From Candidatus Heimdallarchaeum endolithica (GTDB taxonomy: Archaea; Asgardarchaeota; Heimdallarchaeia; Heimdallarchaeales; Heimdallarchaeaceae): a stretch of DNA of 64,000 nucleotides. The notes under the pieces were generated by a model. The model was not told where the DNA came from. It did no database searches and was given only the letters and a program-made list of their open reading frames with translations. Each line of letters begins with the position of its first letter. Position 1 is the stretch's first letter. The position numbers and the translations under genes were made by a program. Below are positions 17,426 through 27,123 of this stretch, piece by piece. The DNA is taken from contig CP084167.1 in assembly GCA_021513715.1 (NCBI GenBank), forward strand, positions 1,945,943-2,009,942, given 5' to 3'.

Positions 17426-18655
17426 CTATATTACATTTTCTTGAACATGTGTTCCAGGAGGAATTATACTACCAGCTGCTATTTTCCTACCAGGAAAGAT
17501 CATTGAACTCACTCCAACTATACTATTATCACCAATTATTGCTCCAAGTTTAGTAAAACCGGTATCAACCATATGCCCATTAACTTCCATCTTGATGGAT
17601 TTAATGGGTGTTTCAGTATTTATGGTCATCACATTAGTTGAAAGGATAGTATTTTCGCCTACAACACTATCACCAACATAACATAACCTGTAGATTTTTG
17701 TACCAGAAAATAGTACTGAATTTTTAATTTCGCTCCCAAAGCCTATTAAAGAATTTGAATCTATTGATGTATGATCTCTCAATAACACATTGTTACCGAT
17801 GTATGTATTAGGTCCAATATACAATGGACCAATTAGAACAGTACCAGAGCTTATTATTGTATTTTCGTCTATGATAACCACATTTTTTAGCACAACATTA
17901 GATTCAATTGTAACATTACTTGCGATTCTTGATTCTGTAAGTTTAGATAAAAGCAAACGATTTGCTTCAATAATGTTCCATGGCTTTCCAATATCAATCC
18001 ACTCTTTTTCCCATATTGCAGCAATTACTTTGTCACCTTTCTTTATTCTTGCATTAATTGATTTAGGGATGTTAGGCTGAGTTTCCAATTCATCAAATAT
18101 AGTAGTCTTTAGAACAAAACACCCTGCATCTATATAGTTACTTTTTGTATCGGTTTCAGTAGCTAAACCTACAGATTTCACATATCCCTTATAATCTATT
18201 TCTACAACTCCGAAATTTCCAGTATCACCTTTCAATGTCAATGCCATTGCCATGTCTGCTTGAGTGTTTTCATATGCGTTTAGTGTTCTTTGAATTAAAC
18301 CTTTCTCAGCTATTATATCACTAAACAAGAGAAGAAACTCATTATCATTAGCTAAGTATTTTTTTGCTGCAAGAAAAGCTGATTTAATATCATTTTCTTT
18401 ACTCTGTTTAGCATATGAAATTGACAATCCAAATTCTGAACCTTTTTTGAAATAATCCTTTATTTGCTCTCCTTTATAGCCTGTAACAATTAATATTTTT
18501 GTTACTCCTAGTGTCTTTAGCTCTTCAATTATATACTGTAAAATTGGTTTTCCTAGTAGTTTAATCATAGGTTTTGGTTTAGTTTGGGTTAGTGGAAATA
18601 GTTCTCTACCCTCTCCACCAGCAAGAATAACTGCTTTTAATTCTTTTTTTACCAT
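17426..18655 (-). CDS. sugar-1-phosphate nucleotidyltransferase with left-handed beta-helix acetyltransferase domain (GlmU-like)
   Basis: AVILAGGEGRELFPLTQTKPKPM nucleotidyltransferase motif; C-terminal hexapeptide repeats. The ATG at 18655 is preceded by AAGGGAG; the track ORF extends to 18685. Confidence 0.7.
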   Translation of the reverse strand: MVKKELKAVILAGGEGRELFPLTQTKPKPMIKLLGKPILQYIIEELKTLGVTKILIVTGYKGEQIKDYFKKGSEFGLSISYAKQSKENDIKSAFLAAKKYLANDNEFLLLFSDIIAEKGLIQRTLNAYENTQADMAMALTLKGDTGNFGVVEIDYKGYVKSVGLATETDTKSNYIDAGCFVLKTTIFDELETQPNIPKSINARIKKGDKVIAAIWEKEWIDIGKPWNIIEANRLLLSKLTESRIASNVTIESNVVLKNVVIIDENTIISSGTVLIGPLYIGPNTYIGNNVLLRDHTSIDSNSLIGFGSEIKNSVLFSGTKIYRLCYVGDSVVGENTILSTNVMTINTETPIKSIKMEVNGHMVDTGFTKLGAIIGDNSIVGVSSMIFPGRKIAAGSIIPPGTHVQENVI

Positions 18656-18824
18656 ATTAGTTACTCCCTTATTTTTTATAATCACTACCTTTCTTTTATT
18701 TTTCTGTTGCTTAGATATCTTTTTACTGAATTTATCTCAAAAAAAGTTATATTTTTCTTCTTAAAAAGATTATGGAGCGAATGCAACTTTTATCTTTTTA
18801 TATTAAGTTATAGGATATTTAACA

Positions 18825-20321
18825 ATGACAAGTATCTCGTGGAGTGGAAAAATATATAAAGGAGGAGCAAACTCCGGGTGGATTACCATTCCTTTAAATT
18901 TAAGAAAATATGTGAAATTGGAGCATTGGTATAATGTTCAGATAAATACAAAAAATAAAATAACTTTGAACACCACCCTATGCTTAAAAAAACTCAAATC
19001 TTCGTGGGGTTTTTACATTAAAAAGAGAATATGCGAGATAAATCAATTAATAGGTCAAAATGTTACAGTCATTATTTCTCCTTCTGAATTTTTTCAGAGG
19101 AAAATCTCGGCTTATAAAAGCATTCGTTTACCAAAAAGTATAGTTAAAATAAAAGGAATAAAGAAATTTGACATATATGAAGTTGAAGTAGAAGTTTACT
19201 CAAGGACATATAGAGAGATAGTCTTAATATCAGTAATAGACCGTTCTACACGTACAAGTGCAGATGAGTATTATTTTACGCTGCGTTTGACAGATGTACA
19301 CAAAGCAAAGGAGGCAAAAGTAAGACTATTAAGAAAAATTGAAAAAATAGATGCTTATGAGAAAAAGAATTCAAAAAAGGAAATTTATCTTCCCAATCTC
19401 TTTCCTGAAGCAATAATAGGAAAAATAGATGATAGACAGATGATAATCTTTGATGGAAATCATACTCCGGTAATAACTCCGATAATAATAAATATTGAAG
19501 AGTTCATCCATTATTTCGGTTGTTACCACGCAGACGGAACAAAATCAAGTTTTGGATGGAGTATAAATGCATCAACACCAGAACAAGCACATTACTATAT
19601 CCTAACTTATAAAAAAATTGTACTCAATCCAAAGCTAAGTTTCGAGCTATCATACAGTAAAAAACCCTCAAACGTAGAAAATTACCTTATTACTACAGAT
19701 ATATTGATTAAATACTGGAAAAAGAATGCTTCAATTCAATTAAAAACTGACAAAATTAGGATTAAAGAAGCAAGATCAGAAAAAATAAAGAAATGGAATC
19801 CGTATGGAAGCATAAGGATACGTGATTTCCGGTCAATCGTTCTCAAGTTACATTTACGTATACATAACAAGATTCTAGATCATCTTAAAAATGAAATGAA
19901 GTTACAACAATTATGGCTATTTCTATTTGGAGTGCTAGAAGGAGATGGATATGTAGCAGGAGGAAAAAATCGTTTTGGGATTGGTTTTGCAACAAATATA
20001 GATGATAATATAATCAGTGAATTTCTCAATAAACTAAAAATAAAGTACACTATTGATGATTCAAGGATTAAAAAAGGACTAGGAAAAGGTTTACAAATCA
20101 GGATTTGCTTAAATCAAGTGCTAAAAAATTTACCAGCAATATCTGAAAATATTTTCAAATACTACCCAAAGCGAAGAATGATGTTTATCAAACGATTGAT
20201 AAATAAGCCCAGTGTTAAAAAATTATTAGAATCAAATATCCATTTAGAAAATAAAGATACCAAAAAGGAATCGATTGAATGTCTACTTAAACTTAAAAAA
20301 GAATTAGAAAAAATTAAATAA
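18825..20321 (+). CDS. free-standing LAGLIDADG-family protein with N-terminal AbrB/SpoVT-like segments
   Basis: 498 aa. Two LAGLIDADG motifs (YFGCYHADG and LFGVLEGDG), both retaining the acidic residue before the final Gly. Two N-terminal segments resemble AbrB-type swapped hairpins (GWITIPLNLRKYVKLEHWYNVQI; SIRLPKSIVKIKGIKKFDIYEVEVEV). Confidence 0.55.
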   Translation: MTSISWSGKIYKGGANSGWITIPLNLRKYVKLEHWYNVQINTKNKITLNTTLCLKKLKSSWGFYIKKRICEINQLIGQNVTVIISPSEFFQRKISAYKSIRLPKSIVKIKGIKKFDIYEVEVEVYSRTYREIVLISVIDRSTRTSADEYYFTLRLTDVHKAKEAKVRLLRKIEKIDAYEKKNSKKEIYLPNLFPEAIIGKIDDRQMIIFDGNHTPVITPIIINIEEFIHYFGCYHADGTKSSFGWSINASTPEQAHYYILTYKKIVLNPKLSFELSYSKKPSNVENYLITTDILIKYWKKNASIQLKTDKIRIKEARSEKIKKWNPYGSIRIRDFRSIVLKLHLRIHNKILDHLKNEMKLQQLWLFLFGVLEGDGYVAGGKNRFGIGFATNIDDNIISEFLNKLKIKYTIDDSRIKKGLGKGLQIRICLNQVLKNLPAISENIFKYYPKRRMMFIKRLINKPSVKKLLESNIHLENKDTKKESIECLLKLKKELEKIK

Positions 20322-20327
20322 ATAAAC

Positions 20328-22154
20328 TTACAGTACTGTTACACTTTTAGCGAGGTTTCTTGGTTTGTCAGGCGAGTATCCTCTCTTTACTGCAGTATAA
20401 TAAGCTAGCAATTGTAGGGGAACAACATATGGAATTGTTGAGAATATTTCAGAGTACCCTTGAGGAATTTTAAAACTCCAAGTTACAAGGTTTTTTATTT
20501 CATCATCATTTTCTTCAATAACACCGATAGTAGATGCGCCTCTAGCATTCATTTCCATAATATTAGATTGAATCAGCCTATAGGTGTGATCCTTTGGTGC
20601 AATAAATACAACAGGAAAATCTTTTTCTACCAAGGCGATTGGACCATGTTTTGATTCTCCAGCTGGATATGATTCACAGTGAATGTAAGATATCTCTTTC
20701 ATTTTCAAAGCTCCTTCATTTGCTGTTTGCACATTTATTCCACGCGCTAAATAAAAACCACTTTTCTTTTTCGAAAACCAGTTAGCAACTGTTCTAGCTT
20801 GAACTTCATTGTTTGTAATAGTTGTTTTAACTATTTTTGGGAGCTGATTGAATTTTTTTCTGTGAGATTCATACTCTGTTTTATTAAAAGAACCACTTAA
20901 AAGCCCTAGTTCTAATCCTACATCCCAGTTAGCTATTGTTTGTGCAAGATATGTTTTTGTTGCTGCGACTCCAATCTCAGGCCCTGCGTGGAGATATATA
21001 ACCTCATCTGAATATCTAGTAATTGTACTACCTACCACATTTACTATAGAGAGAATCGATGCACCTTGTTCTTTAGCTTTTTTAATACCTAAAATTGTAT
21101 CCATTGTTTCTCCAGATTGACTCACAGGAACTACAACTGTATTCTCATCAATTAAATTTAAAATTGATTCAAATTCAGAAGCAATTATTGACTGACTTAG
21201 TTTTTTATTAAATTTTCTTACTAAATACTCTCCAGTTAATGTTGAATAATATGCTGTTCCTGCAGCAACAAAAAAAATTCTTTCTGCTACATAAATTTTT
21301 TCAGCTACCTTTTTTACAGATTTTTGTTTCATTCGGACATAGTTATACAAAGAATTAGGTTGTTCATGGATTTCTTTTAACATAAAATGCGGATAACCTG
21401 CTTTTTGAGCCATTTCTGCTTTCCAAGAAACAGTATAGGGAGCACGTGTTATCTGTTCCATAGATATCAGATTAAAAATGTTATACCCATCACTTCTTAT
21501 CTCTACAAACTCATTGTCGTGTAAGAGTACAACTTGTTGAGTTTGATCAAGAAATGCAGGAATGTCGCTAGCAACGAAGATTCTATTTGAATTCAAGCCT
21601 ATTACTAATGGGCTGTCCTTTTTGGCACAATAAATTCTTTGAGGAGCATTCGTACTTATTACACAAATTGCATATGTCCCTACTAGCTGTTTTATAGCCT
21701 TAATTACAGCTTCACGGAAACTCAAGTGCTCATTAACAAAAAAATCTTCAATCAAGTGACTGATTACTTCTGTATCAGTCTCAGAACTGAATGTATGCCC
21801 CTTTTCTTTTAAATTACGTCTTAATTCCTGAAAATTTTCAATAATCCCATTATGAACAACGGCTATTTTTCCATCGCAACTAACATGAGGATGAGCATTT
21901 ATTTTTGAAGGTGGACCATGTGTAGCCCAACGTGTGTGTCCGATTGCAATCTTGCCAGATATAGGGGCGATATCAATTTTTTCTATTACTTCATTTATTT
22001 TTCCTTTATCTTTTTGAATAATAAGTTTGTCATCTTCTATAATTGCAACCCCTAAACTATCATATCCCCTATACTCCAATTTTTGAAGAGCATGGATAAT
22101 TTCTTCACCGATTTTTGTCTCATTTTTTTGAATTATTCCTACAATTCCACACAT
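20328..22154 (-). CDS. glmS: glutamine--fructose-6-phosphate aminotransferase
   Basis: 608 aa. MCGIVGI N-terminal nucleophile, two SIS domains, C-terminal ...NLAKSVTV. Confidence 0.9.
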   Translation of the reverse strand: MCGIVGIIQKNETKIGEEIIHALQKLEYRGYDSLGVAIIEDDKLIIQKDKGKINEVIEKIDIAPISGKIAIGHTRWATHGPPSKINAHPHVSCDGKIAVVHNGIIENFQELRRNLKEKGHTFSSETDTEVISHLIEDFFVNEHLSFREAVIKAIKQLVGTYAICVISTNAPQRIYCAKKDSPLVIGLNSNRIFVASDIPAFLDQTQQVVLLHDNEFVEIRSDGYNIFNLISMEQITRAPYTVSWKAEMAQKAGYPHFMLKEIHEQPNSLYNYVRMKQKSVKKVAEKIYVAERIFFVAAGTAYYSTLTGEYLVRKFNKKLSQSIIASEFESILNLIDENTVVVPVSQSGETMDTILGIKKAKEQGASILSIVNVVGSTITRYSDEVIYLHAGPEIGVAATKTYLAQTIANWDVGLELGLLSGSFNKTEYESHRKKFNQLPKIVKTTITNNEVQARTVANWFSKKKSGFYLARGINVQTANEGALKMKEISYIHCESYPAGESKHGPIALVEKDFPVVFIAPKDHTYRLIQSNIMEMNARGASTIGVIEENDDEIKNLVTWSFKIPQGYSEIFSTIPYVVPLQLLAYYTAVKRGYSPDKPRNLAKSVTVL

Positions 22155-22229
22155 TTTTTTCCCTATTAAAGCAACATTAACTGTTTTTTACTCAAGAACA
22201 GTCAATTAATGTTATTCATAAAGGTTTCG

Positions 22230-22243
22230 CTATACAAATTAAG
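22230..22243. repeat. left flanking direct repeat CTATACAAATTAAG
   Basis: Recurs at 23263..23276, immediately outside the right end of the IS. Confidence 0.7.
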
Positions 22244-23262
22244 TGTATACTCCACTCACATTGGTAACAAATAAATAGAAGTGGGTTACGTGGGTAAGTG
22301 ATTAAATATGAATAAGACCGAACGTAACCTGGAGAAACTAAGAAAAATTGTAGTTAAAAAAGCTTTGGAAGGAGAGAAGATAAAAGAGATAGCTCACAAG
22401 TATATGGTGAGTAGGAAGTTTGTGTATAAGTGGTTGAAGAGGTTCAGAGAGAACCCTGAAGGAGAATGGTTGGTGGAAAGATAGATCCTCCAGACCAAAA
22501 ACTATACACAGGAAAGTGGATGAGGAGTTAAAAGAGAGGATAAGGGAGTTAAGAATAAAACAAGGAATGAATGTGGAGAAGATAGCTTATTTGTTGAAGA
22601 GAGAAGGAAAAGCACTCTCTCAGACGACAGTGACGAAAGTAATAAAAGAGTTAGGTCTTCCTTTATGGGTCAATAGAAAAAAGAGGAAGAGACCTCGATA
22701 CAAGAGTTTTGAACGTCAAAAACCTAACGAACTCTGGCAAATAGATGTGAAAGGACCATTCTGGGTAGAAGAACAGGGACAACATCTCCATCTCATAACC
22801 TTGATAGACGACCACTCACGATTCTGTCTGGGAGCTAAATTCCACCCTTTTGCACCAAAAAAAGAGCAGATAATAAATCTACTAGAGGAAGCAATAAAAG
22901 AGTACGGTTACCCCGAGTCTATCCTCACGGACAATGGAGCACTCTTCTCTTCCGTTAGAGGAGGAACAAGTACCTTCTCCCGTTGGTGTCAAACAGAAGG
23001 AATAAAACACATCAGAGCTAGAGTTTTTCACCCCGAAACATGTGGAAAAGTAGAAAGACTACATGGGACCCAACAATCATCCGTGAGATGGAAAGATTAG
23101 GTCTAAAATACTGCAACGTAGATCTCTCCTACTACCGCTCTTACTACAATTTTAGTCGTCCTCACCAATCTCTTAACTTCCTCACCCCAGGAGAAAGATT
23201 TATGAATCACCCCTATGTTTCTCTAGTACCCAAAAGTGTAACCCAAGTCTATTGAGTAAACA
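22244..23262 (+). mobile_element. IS481-like insertion sequence, decayed copy (1019 bp)
   Basis: Same ends and about 97% identity by eye to 10798..11807. It is 9 bp longer, from a 4-nt insertion (near 22470) and a 5-nt insertion (near 23068). Flanked by a 14-15-bp direct repeat. Confidence 0.8.
22308..23255 (+). pseudogene. IS481-family transposase pseudogene (two frameshifts)
   Basis: The reading frame is split into 22308..22484, 22516..23100 and 23040..23255. Relative to the intact copy, GTATGGTGG is replaced by GAATGGTTGGTGG, and GGGACAATC by GGGACCCAACAATC. Confidence 0.85.
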
Positions 23263-23276
23263 CTATACAAATTAAG
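23263..23276. repeat. right flanking direct repeat CTATACAAATTAAG
   Basis: Identical to 22230..22243. Confidence 0.7.
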
Positions 23277-24396
23277 TATCCAATAATTTTTTGAAATTTT
23301 TTAATAAACCATGTTTCTTTGCTAAAGTCTTTTTTAGCAAATCGATTCCTGTAATAACTGTGGGGTCAATTTCATTTAGAAATGCTAAATATAAGCTAAT
23401 ATAATCAATAACATAAGTTAAAGTTAGTTGATGAGCAATTTTTGATTTCCCAAGCGCATAAAGTTCAACAATTTTTTCTGTTTTTTTAGACATTATTCTT
23501 TTAGTAACTTCCACCCTTGTCTTTATCTCAGGTTGCTCATTTGGTAATCTTAATAGAACCACAGAAATGTGGTTCATCACTTTCAAACTATCCCAAATAA
23601 CAATACCATTATGGTTACTTTCGGGTAGGTTCTCATAACATGAAAGAAGTTTACTATTCTCGTTCAGTTGGCATTTAGCTCTATAGGAAACAGAAGAACA
23701 GTAAGAATTACTAATGAAAATGGGGGTTGAATTATAAAGAAATAAAGAAAATTTCTTAGCTTGATTTTGACTACTAGATACTTCAGGAGATAATTGTTCA
23801 GATAGATCTTTTAACAAAACTACTGATTCATCTAAAGCTTCATCAATATTTTTTATTGAAAAAACTTTTTCTAACACTTTTAATAATGAAACATAAATTA
23901 GAGGAAATGCAGTTCTTGGAGGTTGCCCTTTCCTTAATATCACACAAGGGATTCCAATTTTCGATGAATATTCGCCTAAGATCCCACCAGAGGATATTGT
24001 AACAATCATTGACTTTTTTTCCAAAGCTTGATAGAAACAAGAAATTGTTTCTTCTGTGTTTCCAGAGTAACTAATACATATGACAAGTGTTTTTTCATCA
24101 ACAAACTTAGGAAGTGAGTAATTTTTGTTTACGATGATAGGGATGTTGATTTCGTCCATAAATAAATCAGAGATATAATCTGCTACAATAGCAGAACCAC
24201 CCATTCCACAAATCAGGATTTTTTCTGGTTTTTTATAATAAACAACTTGATTTTTCCATGAATATTTTTCAGGAATAGAGAAATCTTGTATTTTCTTTCT
24301 TAATTCTGTTATTGTAGAAGCCCAAGTGGATATCAACATTAGTTGATCAGATTTATCTAATTTTCTTAGTACGTTTATATCATCTAAGTCAATCAT
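23272..24396 (-). CDS. SIS-domain bifunctional phosphoglucose/phosphomannose isomerase-like protein
   Basis: 374 aa. CGMGGSAIVADYI and ISYSGNTEET SIS motifs. Confidence 0.6.
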   Translation of the reverse strand: MIDLDDINVLRKLDKSDQLMLISTWASTITELRKKIQDFSIPEKYSWKNQVVYYKKPEKILICGMGGSAIVADYISDLFMDEINIPIIVNKNYSLPKFVDEKTLVICISYSGNTEETISCFYQALEKKSMIVTISSGGILGEYSSKIGIPCVILRKGQPPRTAFPLIYVSLLKVLEKVFSIKNIDEALDESVVLLKDLSEQLSPEVSSSQNQAKKFSLFLYNSTPIFISNSYCSSVSYRAKCQLNENSKLLSCYENLPESNHNGIVIWDSLKVMNHISVVLLRLPNEQPEIKTRVEVTKRIMSKKTEKIVELYALGKSKIAHQLTLTYVIDYISLYLAFLNEIDPTVITGIDLLKKTLAKKHGLLKNFKKLLDT

Positions 24397-24514
24397 TAAA
24401 ATAGATAGGATATTGATTATTTTAAATACCTTTCTTTATCATTTCACATAAAGATAAATCCGCAACTTCACTTCAAACAACAGTTTTTTAAATAAATTTT
24501 GTTTATGCTCAAAT

Positions 24515-24700
24515 ATGTCTAAAGTTCCATATCCTAAAACAAAATACTACAAAGTTAAGTGTGCATCATGTAATAATGAACAAATTGTGTTTGATTCTGT
24601 AAAATCGACTGTAAAGTGTAATGTTTGTGACGAGATTCTTGCTGAACCAAAAGGTGGTAAAGCACAAATTCTTGGTGAGATTATAGAACAATATTCTTAG
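24515..24700 (+). CDS. rps27e: ribosomal protein eS27 (S27e)
   Basis: 61 aa. CxxC-x14-CxxC zinc ribbon (KCASCNNEQIVFDSVKSTVKCNVCDEILAEPKGGKA). Confidence 0.85.
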   Translation: MSKVPYPKTKYYKVKCASCNNEQIVFDSVKSTVKCNVCDEILAEPKGGKAQILGEIIEQYS

Positions 24701-24796
24701 ACTAAGAACCTCAAACCAGAACTTTCATTTTTATCTATGTAAATGAAACTAGTCTATTTTATCAAGAAAAGAAGGATTATTTAATTCTGAACAACA

Positions 24797-25414
24797 CTAA
24801 ATTTCTACTTTTTCAGCGATATCATGAGCTATAAAACCATTAGCATTTTCTTTTGGTAACTTACAGATATCCTCTTTTTTAAATGGACCATAAATTGATC
24901 CATCAACACCCACAATTTCATTTTTTACTTCTTTCGAAAATCTTACAACAATATACTCAATATTTGTTTCTTCTCTTGCGTTTACTTCTTTAACAACTTC
25001 GTCTTCAGGTTCATAAAAAGTGAATTCTTGAAAAATCAGTGCTTCACTAGGTCGCTCTAAACTTCTAACAAAGAATTTGTGCAGTTTCTGAAAGTTGGAA
25101 TAAAAAGCATATTCTTCTTGGGCCAAGTTTACTTCAATCTTTTTGCCCTCAATAACTGCATTGACAATTTTTTTCGTCCTTATTTCAATAAGATCTCTTA
25201 AAACATAATTCAATCGATTAAATCGGGTATTTAATATTTTTTTTATGACTGGGTCAGATTCTTTTTCAATAATTTCTGAAAATTTATTCTTTAAAATTTT
25301 GATATCAGAGAAGAAACTAGGCTTAATAGGAGTAATTTTCTTACTACTTTCTCTCTCCGTATGCCATACAGAATATAAATCGTCAATATATTGAAATTTA
25401 ATTCTTGAAGACAT
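24797..25414 (-). CDS. GINS complex subunit (Gins51/Gins15-type, A-B domain order)
   Basis: 205 aa. Helical A domain, then a C-terminal B-domain pattern (VVRFSKEVKNEIVGVDGSIYGPFKKEDICKLPKENANGFIAHDIAEKV). Lies directly downstream of PCNA. Confidence 0.6.
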   Translation of the reverse strand: MSSRIKFQYIDDLYSVWHTERESSKKITPIKPSFFSDIKILKNKFSEIIEKESDPVIKKILNTRFNRLNYVLRDLIEIRTKKIVNAVIEGKKIEVNLAQEEYAFYSNFQKLHKFFVRSLERPSEALIFQEFTFYEPEDEVVKEVNAREETNIEYIVVRFSKEVKNEIVGVDGSIYGPFKKEDICKLPKENANGFIAHDIAEKVEI

Positions 25415-25457
25415 TTTTAATTTCCAATTAGTTATATTTTCCCTCCCTCAATTATAA

Positions 25458-26273
25458 TTAGTAATCTTCGTCATCATATTCATAATCGTCTTCTTTTGCC
25501 ACACTTTCAATTCTAGGGGCAAGCATATAATGCAAATAGCCTTTGTTTTCTAAATTGTATTCCAAAATGATAGGCTTATTCGTTGCAAAACCAATAGTTA
25601 GTGTTTCAGAGGATCTAATACCCTTCATGAAATTATTTAAAAATTCAAGAGAGTAGGAAGATTCAGACTCTTCGATAATTTCAAAAGACTCTGCTTCTAT
25701 TTCTTCACTTTCTGGCCCAACTACTGTTTCCATCTCATTAGAAAAACTTGTACAACTAAAGATTACTTTATCAGGAAGGGCATGTATTTTAAAATGATCA
25801 CTTATCATCATCGAATCTTTCAACACTTGTTGAAAGAATGAAGCATCAATATTAAATTGCGCTGTTCTTAATATGTTCACTCTGTCAGGGGGTGGATTAT
25901 CATCTTTAATATCAATCATTTTCAATGTAAAACTTCTTTCTCTGTTTTTTGCTTTAAACACGATACGCAAGCGCTGTTCTTTTTCATCAAAATTCAAATT
26001 TAAAACTTCGTCCTTTTTTGCTGTTTTTATCATATTATTTAATGTCTCTAAGTTTAAACCTAAAGAAAAAGTCTTGTCAACTTTAAATTCCTGGAAAGCT
26101 TCTTTTTTTAAAACAAAATCAAACATTGATATTCGTGTTGGATCAAAAGTTTTAATTTGAATATTATCGGTGTTGATGCTTAAAAAACATTCAGAAACAA
26201 TTGAACTAATAATTGAAATATTACTAGCTAAAATTTTTGAATTTTCGTTATCAAGTTGTAATTCGAAACTCAT
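25458..26273 (-). CDS. pcn: DNA polymerase sliding clamp PCNA, with acidic C-terminal tail
   Basis: 271 aa. PCNA two-domain pattern (ISIISSIVSECFLSINTDNIQIKTFDPTRISMFDF...). The tail reads KEDDYEYDDEDY. Confidence 0.85.
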   Translation of the reverse strand: MSFELQLDNENSKILASNISIISSIVSECFLSINTDNIQIKTFDPTRISMFDFVLKKEAFQEFKVDKTFSLGLNLETLNNMIKTAKKDEVLNLNFDEKEQRLRIVFKAKNRERSFTLKMIDIKDDNPPPDRVNILRTAQFNIDASFFQQVLKDSMMISDHFKIHALPDKVIFSCTSFSNEMETVVGPESEEIEAESFEIIEESESSYSLEFLNNFMKGIRSSETLTIGFATNKPIILEYNLENKGYLHYMLAPRIESVAKEDDYEYDDEDY

Positions 26274-26351
26274 TGTATTTCCCTTAATTCAATTTATTAC
26301 TATCTTCAGTCTATATGTAAAAAAACATTTAGCTATTTAAGGGAATCGTCG

Positions 26352-26361
26352 GTAGTTTATT
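26352..26361. repeat. flanking direct repeat GTAGTTTATT
   Basis: Identical 10-mer at 27124..27133, immediately outside the opposite inverted repeat. Confidence 0.65.
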
Positions 26362-27123
26362 GGTAGTGTCTAGTTTTTATACCACCTCCTAGGCAAAAAG
26401 GAACTAAGGGGAGGATGTCCCAAGCTCTGATGAGGACGAACGAAATTATAATAGAGTATAAAGAGTGTAAGGAAACCAGAAAGATGGGTAGAGCCATAGA
26501 CGGCACGGATAGAACATGTGCATTGGAGAATAGAATGAAACCAACGATAGCTCTTAAGTGTGGCATTAAAACGTTCAATATAGGAGCGTAAACCACCATT
26601 GATAAAAGAGATTTTGATACCGAGACGAAGTAATACAGGATACCATACCCCTGCATCTGTAACGACAATACGAGGCTTAGAACCCCAACATTTGAACCAA
26701 TAACGGAAAGTTAGTAAACATTCAAAATTACTCCGTCCTTTAGTAATACTAAAACCCAGTAAAGTCTTATTGTAAGGATCTAACGCGAACCACATATACA
26801 TTGAGCCTTGAGAGGTCTTAATCTCTGTTTCATCAACTACTATAATCTCTGGTATTCCCCCTCTCTCTGCTACAACTCTATGTAAACTTTCCCTAAAGAG
26901 CCTGAACTTCTTTACCCAATACCATAGTGCCTGGTGTGTTAAACCATTCTTCCATCCTACTGTCCTCAACCCATTCTTTGAACCAATATATTCATAAATA
27001 GCTCTTATGATTATCTTTTTGGGGACTCTGCTCCCTTTAAAAAGGGAGTATATTCTTAGTTTGTTCATATTTTCACATTAGAATCTCCAATAATATTTTT
27101 GTCGGGAGAAACTAGACACCACC
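26362..27123 (-). mobile_element. small IS6-like insertion sequence (762 bp)
   Basis: 15-bp terminal inverted repeats (GGTAGTGTCTAGTTT at 26362; the reverse complement of 27109..27123 is GGTGGTGTCTAGTTT). Flanked by the 10-bp direct repeat GTAGTTTATT. Single transposase ORF. Confidence 0.75.
26370..27068 (-). CDS. DDE transposase, IS6-family-like
   Basis: 232 aa. VVDETEIKT...MYMWFALD, VVTDAGVWY and YIERFNATLK resemble the IS6 D, D and E regions. Confidence 0.65.
   Translation of the reverse strand: MNKLRIYSLFKGSRVPKKIIIRAIYEYIGSKNGLRTVGWKNGLTHQALWYWVKKFRLFRESLHRVVAERGGIPEIIVVDETEIKTSQGSMYMWFALDPYNKTLLGFSITKGRSNFECLLTFRYWFKCWGSKPRIVVTDAGVWYPVLLRLGIKISFINGGLRSYIERFNATLKSYRWFHSILQCTCSIRAVYGSTHLSGFLTLFILYYNFVRPHQSLGHPPLSSFLPRRWYKN

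Noticed and set aside
26357-26668. 103-aa ORF inside the IS6-like element.
   Set aside because: It is an alternative frame of the same strand within the transposase gene, with no motif. The 232-aa DDE frame explains the region.
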